From the IMG/VR virus record IMGVR_UViG_3300031949_000028, positions 1,009 to 65,008 of that record: 64,000 nt of DNA, one strand, 5' to 3'. The DNA is from a virus. Its lineage: Duplodnaviria; Caudoviricetes. Each line of letters opens with the position of its first letter. The stretch's first letter is position 1. The notes beneath the pieces are model-generated. The model saw only the letters and a program-made list of their open reading frames with translations. It searched no databases and was not told the origin of the DNA. This document shows, one piece after another, positions 10,077-20,386 of this stretch. The translations under genes were made by a program, and so were the position numbers.

Positions 10077-11054
10077 CTAGTTGACCGCTCGCAGTACAGT
10101 CGTCTCCTTCCTTTCAACGATCAGCTCGGCAAATCCGAGCAGCCGATGAAGCGAGGGCGTCGCGTAGTGCTGCGCGAGGTTCGTGTTAGCATGTCCGAGC
10201 AGCGCGTTCCGATCTTCTTCCGGAACTCCAGCCGATCGCAGACGATGCGCGAACGTGTGGCGACAGTTGTGAATCCCCTTCTTCACAAGCGGGCCGGACG
10301 GCAATCCGGCCTTTCGCCACGCGTCTCCCCAGATCTTCCCTGTCGCAACACAACGACCGCCGACATTGCCGGCCGCTCGTGAGGGAAACACGTACACACT
10401 TTGCCCATGCTTCAACTGCCACTTGCGCTGCATCTCCACCGCACGTCGAGCGATTGAGTTGCAAATCACCGCTCTCGTGTGCCCGTTCTTCGTGTCCGAA
10501 AGGACGAACACGAAGATGTCAGGCCCGAGCTCGGGGACTCGCCGCAGGTCCGTCCACTTCAAGCCGAACAGTTCTTCTCGGCGAACCCCAGTGTTCACAG
10601 CGAACACCGCGGCGCCTACGTCCCATCCGGTCGGAAGGCACCGGAATAGACTGTCCTGCTCTGCCCAACTAAACGGATACGCTTGCCGAACCGCACCCCT
10701 CAAGTGCTCGATCTTCGGCGCCATCGGAATCCAGCGCCAAACCTTCGCAGCCTTGTTGAGCACGGTCACGACTTGCGTCAGCTCCTTGTTGATCGTCCCG
10801 ACCATCGCCGGCCTACTGAACGGCGAGCGGCCGAGACGGCGATCCTCCTTGAACGCCTGCATCGCCTCATCGTCTACGTCGATCACACGGAGGTGCCCTA
10901 TGTACGGGATCGTGGACTCGAGGGCCGCAGCGACACGACGTTTTTCTTTTCCTTGGAACTCGGTGAGGTACCGAGCGGCGGCCTCCCCAAAGCGCTTGTC
11001 AGCAAAGCGCTCAAACCTGTCGAAGATTGATCTAGACTCTCTGATTCTTGGCAT
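10077..11054 (-). CDS. int: tyrosine recombinase / integrase
   Basis: catalytic R (TGVRREEL), K, HxxR (HNCRHTF), H/Y (LLGHANTNLAQHY); ATG at 11054, ORF open to 11108. Confidence 0.92.
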   Translation of the reverse strand: MPRIRESRSIFDRFERFADKRFGEAAARYLTEFQGKEKRRVAAALESTIPYIGHLRVIDVDDEAMQAFKEDRRLGRSPFSRPAMVGTINKELTQVVTVLNKAAKVWRWIPMAPKIEHLRGAVRQAYPFSWAEQDSLFRCLPTGWDVGAAVFAVNTGVRREELFGLKWTDLRRVPELGPDIFVFVLSDTKNGHTRAVICNSIARRAVEMQRKWQLKHGQSVYVFPSRAAGNVGGRCVATGKIWGDAWRKAGLPSGPLVKKGIHNCRHTFAHRLRSAGVPEEDRNALLGHANTNLAQHYATPSLHRLLGFAELIVERKETTVLRAVN

Positions 11055-11254
11055 TCTTCGTTCTCCTGAGAGCCTTCGCGGGCTCTCATAGTGTCGCCGT
11101 CCTTCCAATCTGTCTCAAGCGTCACGGCCGACCGCAGCAGTCTCTTTGCCGCTACCCGATACAGGGCCGAGTTCGTAGCCTGTGGGAACAGCCCCTCGAC
11201 TACGGTGAGTAACTTGTTGGCGTCTCGTAGAATGCTCATGGGTCGTCTTGGAAC

Positions 11255-11479
11255 TCAGGTGAAAGCGGCCCAGCCATCGTCCGGGCTATACCCGCGATCG
11301 CCACGGCCTTCTTGAAACCACCCAAGCTCACGCATGCGCTCCACGTCCTCTGGCTTCATCGGATGGTCGGTCATGTAGAGATAGAAAATATCGTGCTCGG
11401 CGCCGATGTGGTGCCCGTCCGGTTTGTCGTAGTACGACCGCGCGATTGAGATTCCAGCGATGAAGTTTTGTAGGTTCAT
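11255..11479 (-). CDS. hypothetical protein
   Basis: compact ORF with SD (HIGAEHDIFY...LGWF...GWAAFT). Confidence 0.6.
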   Translation of the reverse strand: MNLQNFIAGISIARSYYDKPDGHHIGAEHDIFYLYMTDHPMKPEDVERMRELGWFQEGRGDRGYSPDDGWAAFT

Positions 11480-11497
11480 GATTTCGTCCTGCGGAAG

Positions 11498-11695
11498 CTA
11501 AATGTGCTTCCAGAATTCCTTGGCGACGGCGTACTTAACACCCCGATAGATCCCGTATATGAGCACCCCAACGAATGCGTACTCGACCAAGAATTTCATG
11601 TACTCCAAGATCACAAGCGCCCACAGTAGCGACACGGCATCGCCACTAGCGCCTCCTAGGATCTCGACAAGCTGTCGAAGCGTTTCAGGTTCCAT
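11498..11695 (-). CDS. small membrane protein
   Basis: hydrophobic helices; GAGG SD. Confidence 0.55.
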   Translation of the reverse strand: MEPETLRQLVEILGGASGDAVSLLWALVILEYMKFLVEYAFVGVLIYGIYRGVKYAVAKEFWKHI

Positions 11696-13336
11696 ATATT
11701 TCCTCGTGTATTAGCAAGACTCAGGTGCGGTCCAAGATGTCTTTGATCTTTGCAGCGGTCAGGTCGTAGCCGCTGGCGCCTTCGTGCCCCCACAGCGCAA
11801 GCCCGATCCCGTACACCATGTCCTTGACGATGGTCACGTCCTGGTAGTCCTCGTAGCCGCTCTGCTCGTTGTATTCGGACGTGTAGTACGCCAGGTGCGC
11901 GATGGCCTTGCGGACGTGCTCACGGCGTTTCTTGGTTTCTCTCGCGTTCATGCCAGTGCCCTCAACAGACCAACTCAATCTCGAACGTCTCGACGCCGAT
12001 CCCATGCCACATCTCGGCGGCTTCCTTGGACTCGAACACGATCAGCACGCCTAGCGTTCCTTGGGCCTTGTCCACCAATCTCAGCGGACCCATCGATGTG
12101 GCAGCCTCCTTCACGAGTCGCTTCGTAACAAACATCGTGGTCGGCTTCTTTGTTGCGATCGTCGGCATGGTCTAAACAGCCTTAGTGCGAAATTCCTCGG
12201 CAGCCAGACACATCAGCACGCCGAGCGTTGTCCAAAAACCCGCGCTGAACGTCAGAATGACGGCTCCGATCAATATGCAGACCCGGTACGCTCTTTCGTA
12301 ATCGGTTTTCGTAATAGCCTCCATCAGGCAGACTCAGAACCGCGCCCATCGACCGTAGCCAACTTTCGACCACCAGAAATAGAGATCGTCTTCGGGGTCG
12401 TACCAGGCTTGCCAGCTCCAGCGATAGACGTAGTGCTTCTTTCCGTTTTTGTTGATACGCATAACTGCCCTCAATATACAAAAGGCTTGAGTGGATGGCT
12501 TACCTGTCGGTGCGTAATGCGCTGGACTTCGCGCCCACGGTTAACCGCGCTATTGGCTGCCATGTGCCTCACTGGTAGGCCATCCCTAAAACCTTCTGCT
12601 CTAACTGAACTCTTAACAACGTTTCGCGCTATTCAGACTTAGCGGCAAAGATTAAACAGCACTCTGCCGGTATTCGTAAAGCGTGTGCGCCATGCCGATC
12701 TCTGGAACGGTGCAATGAACCGCGCGACGCCTGACGTAGCTAAGCCACGTCCACTGGCCGCCGATCTTCACCGGATGCCACGCGAACCATCGGCACCAAT
12801 CTCCCTCGCTAACGAACATCGTTCCCATCATCCACGCGCACTTTGGCGCGCCTCGTAGTAGCCGTTGATAGCCTTGCAAATTTCGCGCACTCGTTCAGCG
12901 CTGATTCCCTGGTTACGAATGTCAGCGGCAGCAAGCTCTACGATGACGTAGCCGAACAATTCTTCCTTGTCCTTGGCTCTCGCGTAGAGGTCGGCAATGC
13001 TTCTAATCTTTGCCACCAGGGTCCTACCTAGTATCCGTACCGTTTGCGGTTTCGCTTACTCGTCGGGACAAGTTCGACGCGAACCATGCGAGCGTCATCG
13101 CTTGGCTTGGCGTCAATCTCATCGAGCAGGACGGACTTGAACGGAGCCGCCCAGTTGCAAAGCACCCAAGGACCGCCGTGTTCCGGTTGAAACTCCCAGG
13201 TCCACCCAAAGCCGCGCTGATTGACCTTTAGTGTGCTCACCACTACCTCCAGTCACCGAACTTGATGTGCTCGGATACCTTGAACACGGCAAGCACGGCA
13301 CAGATTGCAACTAACCAATAGAGCAGGTGAACGATT

Positions 13337-13594
13337 TCAGAATGGGATATCGTCATTTGGGTCTGGCTCGTTCGGTTCCGACTTCGGTTTCTGCGTCTGC
13401 CCTTGATCCTCTTTCGGCTTCACTGAAAGGCTCATGTACTTGTCGCCTTTCTTGCTCGTCTTGAGCCAAGCGTTGAGCCAAAACTCCTCCCCGCCGACGT
13501 TGATCGAGCCGCGGTAGTCTGGCCAGTTCGCGTTGCCTTTCTTGTCGTTCTTGAACAGGGCGCCCGTGTTCGTGTTGTCGTATTCCTGGCTCAC
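13337..13594 (-). CDS. SSB-like small protein
   Basis: GTG at 13594 overlapping the ERF stop; GALFKN...WPDYRGSINVGG..W..AW; acidic C-terminal DDIPF tail; adjacent to ERF. Confidence 0.7.
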   Translation of the reverse strand: MSQEYDNTNTGALFKNDKKGNANWPDYRGSINVGGEEFWLNAWLKTSKKGDKYMSLSVKPKEDQGQTQKPKSEPNEPDPNDDIPF

Positions 13595-14580
13595 GCTTTC
13601 AACTCCTTCTTGCGATCCTGGTACAGAGTGTTCACGTCGAGCGGAACCTCGTTCACGCCGTTCTCTGCATAGGCGTTCTGGATCGAGTCCCACGCCGCCT
13701 TTAACGCCTTGCCGTCCTTGCAGCTCGCGAGCACCTGACTCGCCCAACCGATCAGGTTCACGCCGCAGTCAGCGGCCTGTGCTTCGGCAAGCAGCTTCTT
13801 GATGCTCGATCGTTCCCAGGACCGTAACTCCCGCCACACAACCTCGCGCTCGTCGTTCTCGAGCTCGTTGACGATCTGTAGCAAACCTGGGCCGTCGTTG
13901 TTCTTGGTGGTCTCCAAGAGACCGTCCACGATCTGCCGCATTCGCTTTGGTCCGATCTTTGGCAGCGGCTCGTCCGGTTCCTTCGGAGTTGCGGCGTTGC
14001 CGTCATCATCCTCGTCGGTCATCGTGGCGTTGAAGATCATCAGCGTCAGATACCGGCGACCGTAGGAAAGGGCTGAGCCAGATCCGTGAGCGCGAGTCAT
14101 CATCGTCGTGCCCTTGATGCCGGTCAGCGTGAGCGGCGATGGGTATTCGTAGTCGCGTTTGTGTCCGCCAATGTGCGAGACGCGGCACGTCACGAGCACC
14201 GTGTCGGGCACATCGGTCTTGCCAGTACCGAACGAGAGCGCGAACCCATGGCGCGTGTAGATCGGGATCAGCGCGGCATTCACGGTCGGCAGCGTCGCGT
14301 ACATCGAGCTCGTCTGTGTGTTCTCTTCGTCGCGCTTGATGCGCGGCATTTCCTTTTGAACCTCCATGAGCGCAGTATTGAACTCGCGTTCGGCCCTGGC
14401 TTCCTCGCGCTCGTTGTACAGCTTCATCAGCCGTTCGAGCTTGTCGATGTCTACGGCCGGATCGGTCGCCGCACGGGTGATGACCGCGAGCACTTGGGCG
14501 CTATCGCTAATCATCACTGGCGGCTCACTCGGGGCGTCGATCATCGCTACGGCCGGAAGTAGTTCGGCTGTCTCAGTCAT
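13591..14580 (-). CDS. erf: ERF-family single-strand annealing recombinase
   Basis: YATLPTVNAALIPIYTRHGFALSF...GSALSYGRRYL..IFN....EDDDGNAA ERF signature. Confidence 0.9.
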   Translation of the reverse strand: MTETAELLPAVAMIDAPSEPPVMISDSAQVLAVITRAATDPAVDIDKLERLMKLYNEREEARAEREFNTALMEVQKEMPRIKRDEENTQTSSMYATLPTVNAALIPIYTRHGFALSFGTGKTDVPDTVLVTCRVSHIGGHKRDYEYPSPLTLTGIKGTTMMTRAHGSGSALSYGRRYLTLMIFNATMTDEDDDGNAATPKEPDEPLPKIGPKRMRQIVDGLLETTKNNDGPGLLQIVNELENDEREVVWRELRSWERSSIKKLLAEAQAADCGVNLIGWASQVLASCKDGKALKAAWDSIQNAYAENGVNEVPLDVNTLYQDRKKELKA

Positions 14581-14980
14581 GGTTGTCGTCCTCTAGGTCG
14601 TCCACATCGGGCATCGGCTCCCGCACTTCGCACGGCGGCTCGTTGGGCGGCGAAACATTGCGGTAGCGGACCGCTCGCTCCGAGGGGAGCCCGTACCCCG
14701 TCGTGAGCAGCGTCACGATTGCACGCGCCTCAGAAGGGCTCAGAATCACTTCGTCCTTGAACTTGTCGGCTTGCGCTGCTCGCAGGTTCAAGTCCGCCAC
14801 CCACTCCGCAGGGGTAAGGTCGTCGGGAGCGGGGCCAGCGGGTACGCCGTCCCAATCGTGGGCGTCGGAGTCCACGTCCCACGCCGCAGGGTCGAGCTTC
14901 TGTACCTTCACGTCGATTTGCTTCAACTCTGGAATGTCGGTTTTGTCGGTGCTCATTGCTGGCTCCATCATTGCATCCAT
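14573..14980 (-). CDS. hypothetical protein
   Basis: ORF MDAMMEP... upstream of erf. Confidence 0.5.
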   Translation of the reverse strand: MDAMMEPAMSTDKTDIPELKQIDVKVQKLDPAAWDVDSDAHDWDGVPAGPAPDDLTPAEWVADLNLRAAQADKFKDEVILSPSEARAIVTLLTTGYGLPSERAVRYRNVSPPNEPPCEVREPMPDVDDLEDDNHD

Positions 14981-15471
14981 TTTTCGTCGCTCTGTCTTGG
15001 TCTCTCTGGGTAGCGTTTGCGTCTCGGCACAGTCAGCGCGCGTTCGTCTGACCATCCGGCGCGAAGACGCTGATGCAGGACATGCGTCGGGAAGGTGAGC
15101 ATTTCTGCCCAGACCATGAGCGAACGAGTCACGCCATTTAGCGTGAGGTATCTCGTCGTGCTTCTGTTCAGATGCTGCTCACTCGGAGGTGCCCAGCGAC
15201 AGTTGCTAGGCTTGTAATTGTCATCGACGTTGATTCGCTCAATCGTCAACTCTTTTCGGTAGCCTGTCGCAATCGCCCAGGCGCGGAATACTGCGTAATC
15301 GCTCCACTCGTCGCAAATCGTGATTCCACGTCCGCCATATCTGTGATACCTGGTCTGGCTAGGTGAGAAGCACCGAGCGCGCATACCTGTCCAAATCGCA
15401 TAGAGCCTAACCGGTCGACCGTCGATAACACGACCGAAGGAACTCTTGTGCGACCAGCGTTTACGCCCCAT
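14968..15471 (-). CDS. HNH-type homing-endonuclease-like protein 1
   Basis: RLYAIW.GMR.RC...RYGGRGITICDEW...LTIERINVDDNYKPSNCRWA...NR. Confidence 0.8.
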   Translation of the reverse strand: MGRKRWSHKSSFGRVIDGRPVRLYAIWTGMRARCFSPSQTRYHRYGGRGITICDEWSDYAVFRAWAIATGYRKELTIERINVDDNYKPSNCRWAPPSEQHLNRSTTRYLTLNGVTRSLMVWAEMLTFPTHVLHQRLRAGWSDERALTVPRRKRYPERPRQSDEKWMQ

Positions 15472-15897
15472 GTTCGTTACTCGCTGGTATAGGTGCCGGT
15501 CGCGGAGGTGGATGCACAGCGATTCCCCGCGTCGATTGCTCGACAGACAACCTCACCCGAGGTCATCAACGTTTCATCGCCTGACTGATCTCCCACCGGC
15601 TGACGGGGTTTACTTGTGAAAGCCCCGAAGGGCAGCGGTCCGCCTACTGCGCACTCACCGTCTAATCGCGAGCGGCCGCCAGTAATTGAATAACTGTGCG
15701 CGTTCATGTTCGTTACTCGGGACTGTCCGGCGAAATGTGATCGCAGACTCGCTTGAGCCTCCGGCAATTTTCGAGCAGCCGTTGCTCGGCGGCATTTTCG
15801 GAGCCCGCATTGCCCAGGGCTTCGATAGAAGCAATCACCGCACAGGCCGCCGGCCAAAGTTGGTCCCACTTCTGTTCGAGGGTGAGGGGCTTGTCGG

Positions 15898-16446
15898 TCA
15901 CTTTGGATCTCCGCTCGGCTGGAACGATTTCGGTTTGCGGCCACGCGGTTTAGGCACATACCCAATTCGGGCGGCACCTGGCGGTGTCGTCAGGATTTGC
16001 TCATCGGTCCATCCGTTGGAGCGCCGCGTGCGGAGCGCTTCTTTCGTGAATCCGAGCGCGCGTGCCCACTCAGGGAGCGAGCGCGTAACGCTGTTGAGCG
16101 TGAGCATGATCGTGCGGCCGGTATTGGTCTGCTGCTCCTGGCGCGTGGCCCAACGGCAATTCCCTGGCTCGTAGTCGCCGTCGCTGCGCTCACGATCAAG
16201 CGTCAGATCCTTTCGATAGCCCTTGGCGATCGCCCACGCTCGGAACACGGCGTAGTCGTCCCACTCCGCGCAGACACGCACGCCCTTAGCGCCGTACCAC
16301 GGATAGTTGACCGACTTCGGATTGTTGCAACGGACGCGCATGTCCGACCAGATTATGTAGAGGCGGCACTTGATCGCGCGCTTCGCAACCGGGTAGGCCG
16401 TGCGGACCCAACTGCGTTCGTTGCCAGTGGACAGATTCGTATTCAT
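15898..16446 (-). CDS. HNH-type homing-endonuclease-like protein 2
   Basis: paralogue of 14968-15471 (YAVFRAWAIA.GYRK.LT...NCRWA...LTLN.VTRSL..WA). Confidence 0.8.
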   Translation of the reverse strand: MNTNLSTGNERSWVRTAYPVAKRAIKCRLYIIWSDMRVRCNNPKSVNYPWYGAKGVRVCAEWDDYAVFRAWAIAKGYRKDLTLDRERSDGDYEPGNCRWATRQEQQTNTGRTIMLTLNSVTRSLPEWARALGFTKEALRTRRSNGWTDEQILTTPPGAARIGYVPKPRGRKPKSFQPSGDPK

Positions 16447-16449
16447 TCG

Positions 16450-19055
16450 CTACTTGCCACCCTCGGCAGAGGACTGACGCGCATTGCGTGCGGCGCGCAG
16501 TTCGTTTTGCAGCTCAGAGCAGATTCGCGAGAGCGTTTCGCGCTGCCGAACCAGTTGGTTGATGGTGTTACGGTCGCGCTTCATGCGCCGCACCGCGCGG
16601 TCGCGCTGCTCATGCGTTGGTCGGTCGCCTTGCTCGGCCAGTTCGTCAAGAATGTTCACGCTTTCTCTCCCGTGTTGGACGCAGCCTCTTTTGCGCAGAT
16701 GTTAGAGGCGAGCCGCAGCGCGCTTGCTCCGTCAAAATTCGGCCATCTGTCGGCAGCGCGAGCGAACAGTCGCGACGCAATGTCGTACTTACCCGCGCGC
16801 TCTGCGCGGCGAGCTCGTGTCAACAGCGCGTGAGGTAGTGACAGGATTCTTGGTCGATTTGCGCGACAGCCTGCGTTCATGCTTTCTCTCCTGTGCCGGA
16901 CGAGGACTCGGTCGGAATGTCGTCCGGATCTTCCTCGTCGTTACCGAGCATCCGGTCTATGGCCGCGTCGCCGCTTCCTGACTCCTTGATCTCGGCGCTC
17001 ATCCATTCCGTGACGACGGGCGGCGGGTAGCCGTCGAGGTTGTAGCGCCGCTCAATTCTCAGGCAGGTCTGCCAGCCGTCGGGCTGGGCCATCGCCTTGC
17101 AGTACTCTTCCAGGTCGTGCTGAACGCTCACGAGCGGTCCTCGAATACGATCGCTTGGCGTTCAGCCGCTGCAACGATTGCCTTGCGCGCATCGGCGCCC
17201 GCCGCGATCGCAGAGTCGAACGGACCATGCCCATCGCCTATGCACTCGTCGTGCTCATCGGTCTCGTCCCAAAACCAGCCTGTACCTTGAATGCTGGCAT
17301 CGACCCAGAAAACTTTCGCGTTCACTTGTTTGCTCCTGCATCGGTGGAGGACTCGTAAGGCAATTCGTGTTGCGCGACCGCGCGGTGCGCTCGCGCGAGC
17401 ACGACACCAACCGGCCACGCCTTATCTTCTGGTGGCCGTACCTTCTCGACGCGTCGCGCCTCTGTCTCGGTGAACTGGTGGGCGTCGTCGATGTTCGTGG
17501 TGTATCCGCAGCGGCCTGTGCGCCACCACAAGGCGTCGTTGCCGGACCAGCCGCATTGCATGAAGTACATCGCACTCACGGTTCCGCTCCCGCGTCGGTT
17601 GAGGGTTCGACGCTAAATGGATCTTTCGGCATGTTCGCGATGTGCGACGGCCCTAGTTCCATGTGCGGGCCGCCGATCAGCCTGAACCTATGACCGGGAC
17701 CGTTTCCGTGATCGCCTTGGTCGAGTGCGTCGTAGAAGCCCACCCTGATGCGTGGCGCGCTCCACTTCGCGTTGAAGCCGAAGCAGTAGTAGCCAGGCAC
17801 GTCGGCCTTGCTCGCAGTTTTGGCGTCGAACCACGGCCCGATGGGGAAGGCTTTCTTTGTCACTGGGCCTATCTCGTGTAGTAGAAGTTGAACGTTTCCG
17901 GGTTCGTCATCTGCTCGACGACGATCGGCAATCCGCGAACGAGCGTCAGGCGATTGCAGTCGGCGATGTGGCGAATCTCGCGCTGCTGATCGTCCGAGAA
18001 CGTCACGCCGTACTCGGGCGCGAAAACTTGGATGCAGCCGTCGTCTAACTTGCGAACGCGCGCCTTGATGCCAGCGGCCTTGATGCGACGGCGAATATGG
18101 GCCGTCATCTCGACGAGATTTAGGCGTGCGTCTGCGCTGCTCGCCGCTCGCTTCTCGGCCGACAATTCCAAACACACCGAGCGAATCTCGGCGTCGGTTG
18201 CGATGTTCGTGCTCACTTGGTTTCTCCGGACGAGCACAAAGTCCGGTAAGCGATGCCGTGCGTACCGACGATCCACGTCCCGGTCCACACCGACTCGAAC
18301 ACGAAGTAGCGCTCGCCGTTTTTCGTGAAGGTCATGACTTCGCCTCGGCGGAGGATGAGAACGGTTGCGGATTCTCGGCATTCAGCCGCGCGACGTGAGA
18401 TCGGTTGCGCTCGTAGAAATCCGGGTGCCGCTTGCACTCAGGCAGCGTGACGCCGGTATTGCGCCAGTACGCGACGAGGCGCTCGACCATAGCGGGGCCG
18501 ATCACGGACGCGCGCCGGCCTCTGCCGCTCTTGATCGTCTCAACGCGCGTGCAGTCGCAGGCCCATACGAACCGCACGCGCGAGCCGCCGAGATAGACGG
18601 CGGTGCCGCGGTTCAATGCGTTGCGCTTCACCTTCACGATTTACCGCCCGTGTCGGACGAGGACAAAACGCCATAGCAGTCCGGGTTAATGCGCCCCTCA
18701 CGCTGCAATTGTCGGTAGCGCTTTTTAGCCACCTGTACTTCACGGCCGTCGTCGCGGCGCAAGTTGATTTTCATGAAGCCATCCAAGTCGAGACCGCGCC
18801 CGATGTATGCGTATTTGTGAATTGCGCGCGTGCTTGCGCTGCAACCAGGCGAATTACTCACGGCCTCTCTCCCTTCGTCGGCCAGTCGTGCAGAGCGTTC
18901 AATCCGTCGTGGAAGCGCCAGATGAACGAGTCGCGATCGGTCCAGCACAAATTGCCATCGACGCTTGTGACGTTGCCGAGAGAACGGCCGCGATAGGTCA
19001 CCGGATCACCCTTGCGCGGCTTGAGCGAAGCTGCTTTGTTCTGCGTGGTGCCCAT
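16450..19055 (-). other. array of about 11 translationally coupled small early genes
   Basis: ORFs 16450-16659, 16656-16880, 16877-17131, 17128-17325, 17322-17579, 17576-17863, 17869-18216, 18213-18335, 18332-18637, 18634-18948, 18858-19055, mostly with 4-nt ATGA/GTGA overlaps. Confidence 0.7.
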
Positions 19056-19197
19056 GACTTAAACCTCGTTCGTTAGCGGATGCACAGAAGGCAGGGCGGT
19101 GATAGGCTCGGGGGCCCGACAACCCCACGAAGAGGGCGGACCCATGCCACCGTCTGGATAGCTGCTGAATTTCCCGTTGCCTTGCTCATGGGAACGG

Positions 19198-19226
19198 AGA
19201 GTAATCCCTAAAAAGGGAAGTGTCAA
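19198..19226 (-). promoter_or_regulatory. leftward early promoter (PL-like)
   Basis: minus strand TTGACA (19226-19221), 17 bp, TACTCT (19203-19198). Confidence 0.8.
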
Positions 19227-19239
19227 CCCTAAAAAGGGA
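19205..19239. promoter_or_regulatory. left operators (2 x CCCTAAAAAGGG)
   Basis: TCCCTAAAAAGGGA at 19205-19218 and ACCCTAAAAAGGGA at 19226-19239, both overlapping or abutting the PL promoter. Confidence 0.85.
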
Positions 19240-19279
19240 CGTGCCGCACAGCGGCGGCGACGGGCGGGCCGGTCGAAGT

Positions 19280-19609
19280 CTAGAGCTGGGTTTTGCGGCG
19301 CTTGGTCGTGATGGGGGTCACGGCATCGCCACGAGCGAAGTAGGGGGTAACAAGCTCTTGCGGTCTAACGCCGAGGGCGGCGGCGAGCCATTCGATGTAG
19401 TCGATGCTCGTACCCTGGCTCTTGTCCAGGATGCGGTAGACTTGATTGATGCTGACGCCTGAGTCTGCGGCGAGCTGCCTGTTCTTGGCCGCGACAGACT
19501 TGAACTTGTCGGCCGGGTATTTCCGGTCCCGCAGCGTAGCGATGTTATCGGCTACGTAGTTCCGAACCAACGTCGGCGGTCGCTCTGATTTCGATCGTCG
19601 TTTCCCCAC
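19280..19609 (-). CDS. CI-like XRE HTH repressor (no S24 peptidase domain)
   Basis: GTG at 19609; NRQLAADSGVSINQVYRIL...SIDYIEWLAAALGV HTH; divergent from a cro-like gene. Confidence 0.8.
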   Translation of the reverse strand: MGKRRSKSERPPTLVRNYVADNIATLRDRKYPADKFKSVAAKNRQLAADSGVSINQVYRILDKSQGTSIDYIEWLAAALGVRPQELVTPYFARGDAVTPITTKRRKTQL

Positions 19610-19635
19610 GCTCAGATAGCCTACCTGCCCCGACT

Positions 19636-19677
19636 TCCCTAAATCGGGTTGCAGCGTCCCTAAAAAGGGATTAGCAT
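19636..19677 (+). promoter_or_regulatory. right operators and PR-like promoter
   Basis: TCCCTAAATCGGGT 19636-49 and TCCCTAAAAAGGGA 19657-70; TTGCAG (19649-54), 17 bp, TAGCAT (19672-77). Confidence 0.8.
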
Positions 19678-19685
19678 CCTGGGTC

Positions 19686-19898
19686 ATGGCTGAATCTATG
19701 CATGAGTTCGTTGTTCGTCGGCTTCTGGAATACCGGCCTATCGAGTGGCAGGAGATTGCCGAGAAAAGCGGCATTCCACTTCGCACGATCGAGAAGGTGG
19801 CCCGCCGCGTGTACCGATCGCACCGCATGGTGACGATTGAGCCGCTAGCTGAGCACTTGGGGTATTTCCGGCAGTTCCAGCGTCGTCGCGTTAGTTAG
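19686..19898 (+). CDS. Cro-like HTH protein
   Basis: WQEIAEKSGIPLRTIEKVA HTH; position opposite the repressor. Confidence 0.8.
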   Translation: MAESMHEFVVRRLLEYRPIEWQEIAEKSGIPLRTIEKVARRVYRSHRMVTIEPLAEHLGYFRQFQRRRVS

Positions 19899-19954
19899 TT
19901 GTTCTTGGAAGCCAGCCTAACCCGCTGGCTTTTCTTTCGCCCGATTCAGGACTT

Positions 19955-20386
19955 ATGGAAAGCCAAACGCACGATTCCGTAAAAAACCAGCCGGTTATGT
20001 CCGTTGGGAGCGGGTTCCCAAAGTTGTGCGGCTCATGCGGCAGGAGTACCGGCGACCGGAACCGACGAACGCGATTCTGTCGTCCGTGCAGACAAGAGCG
20101 CGAACGGGCGTACTCACGCGAGTACCGGCGTCGTTGTCCGATTGCTGTCAAAGCTCACTACGCGGTGCAGCTTGAAATTCAGCGCGGCAATTTGCCAAAG
20201 GCCGACGAGCTGAAATGCACTGACTGTGATCGTAACGCGAACTGTTACGACCACCGCGACTATACCAAGCCTCTCGAAGTCGATCCGGTTTGCGGCGGCT
20301 GCAACAAGCGTCGCGGGCCAGCTCATCCCTACATCAACGCCAACCTTCGTCTGTCCATCGGTATCGAGCCGGAGTGGAAGCCATGA
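19955..20386 (+). CDS. Zn-finger/HNH-like protein
   Basis: CxxC pairs and CYDHRDYTKPLEVDPVCGGCNKRRG. Confidence 0.55.
   Translation: MESQTHDSVKNQPVMSVGSGFPKLCGSCGRSTGDRNRRTRFCRPCRQERERAYSREYRRRCPIAVKAHYAVQLEIQRGNLPKADELKCTDCDRNANCYDHRDYTKPLEVDPVCGGCNKRRGPAHPYINANLRLSIGIEPEWKP

Noticed and set aside
9921-10077. Possible attP with a tRNA-derived core
   Set aside because: No tRNA 3' end or T-loop motif on either strand; att cannot be placed. No tRNA genes were recognised anywhere in the window.
12182-12481. 99-aa ORF from the track
   Set aside because: Better explained by two shorter minus-strand genes in other frames (MRINKNGKKHY... and the membrane peptide MEAITKTDY...)
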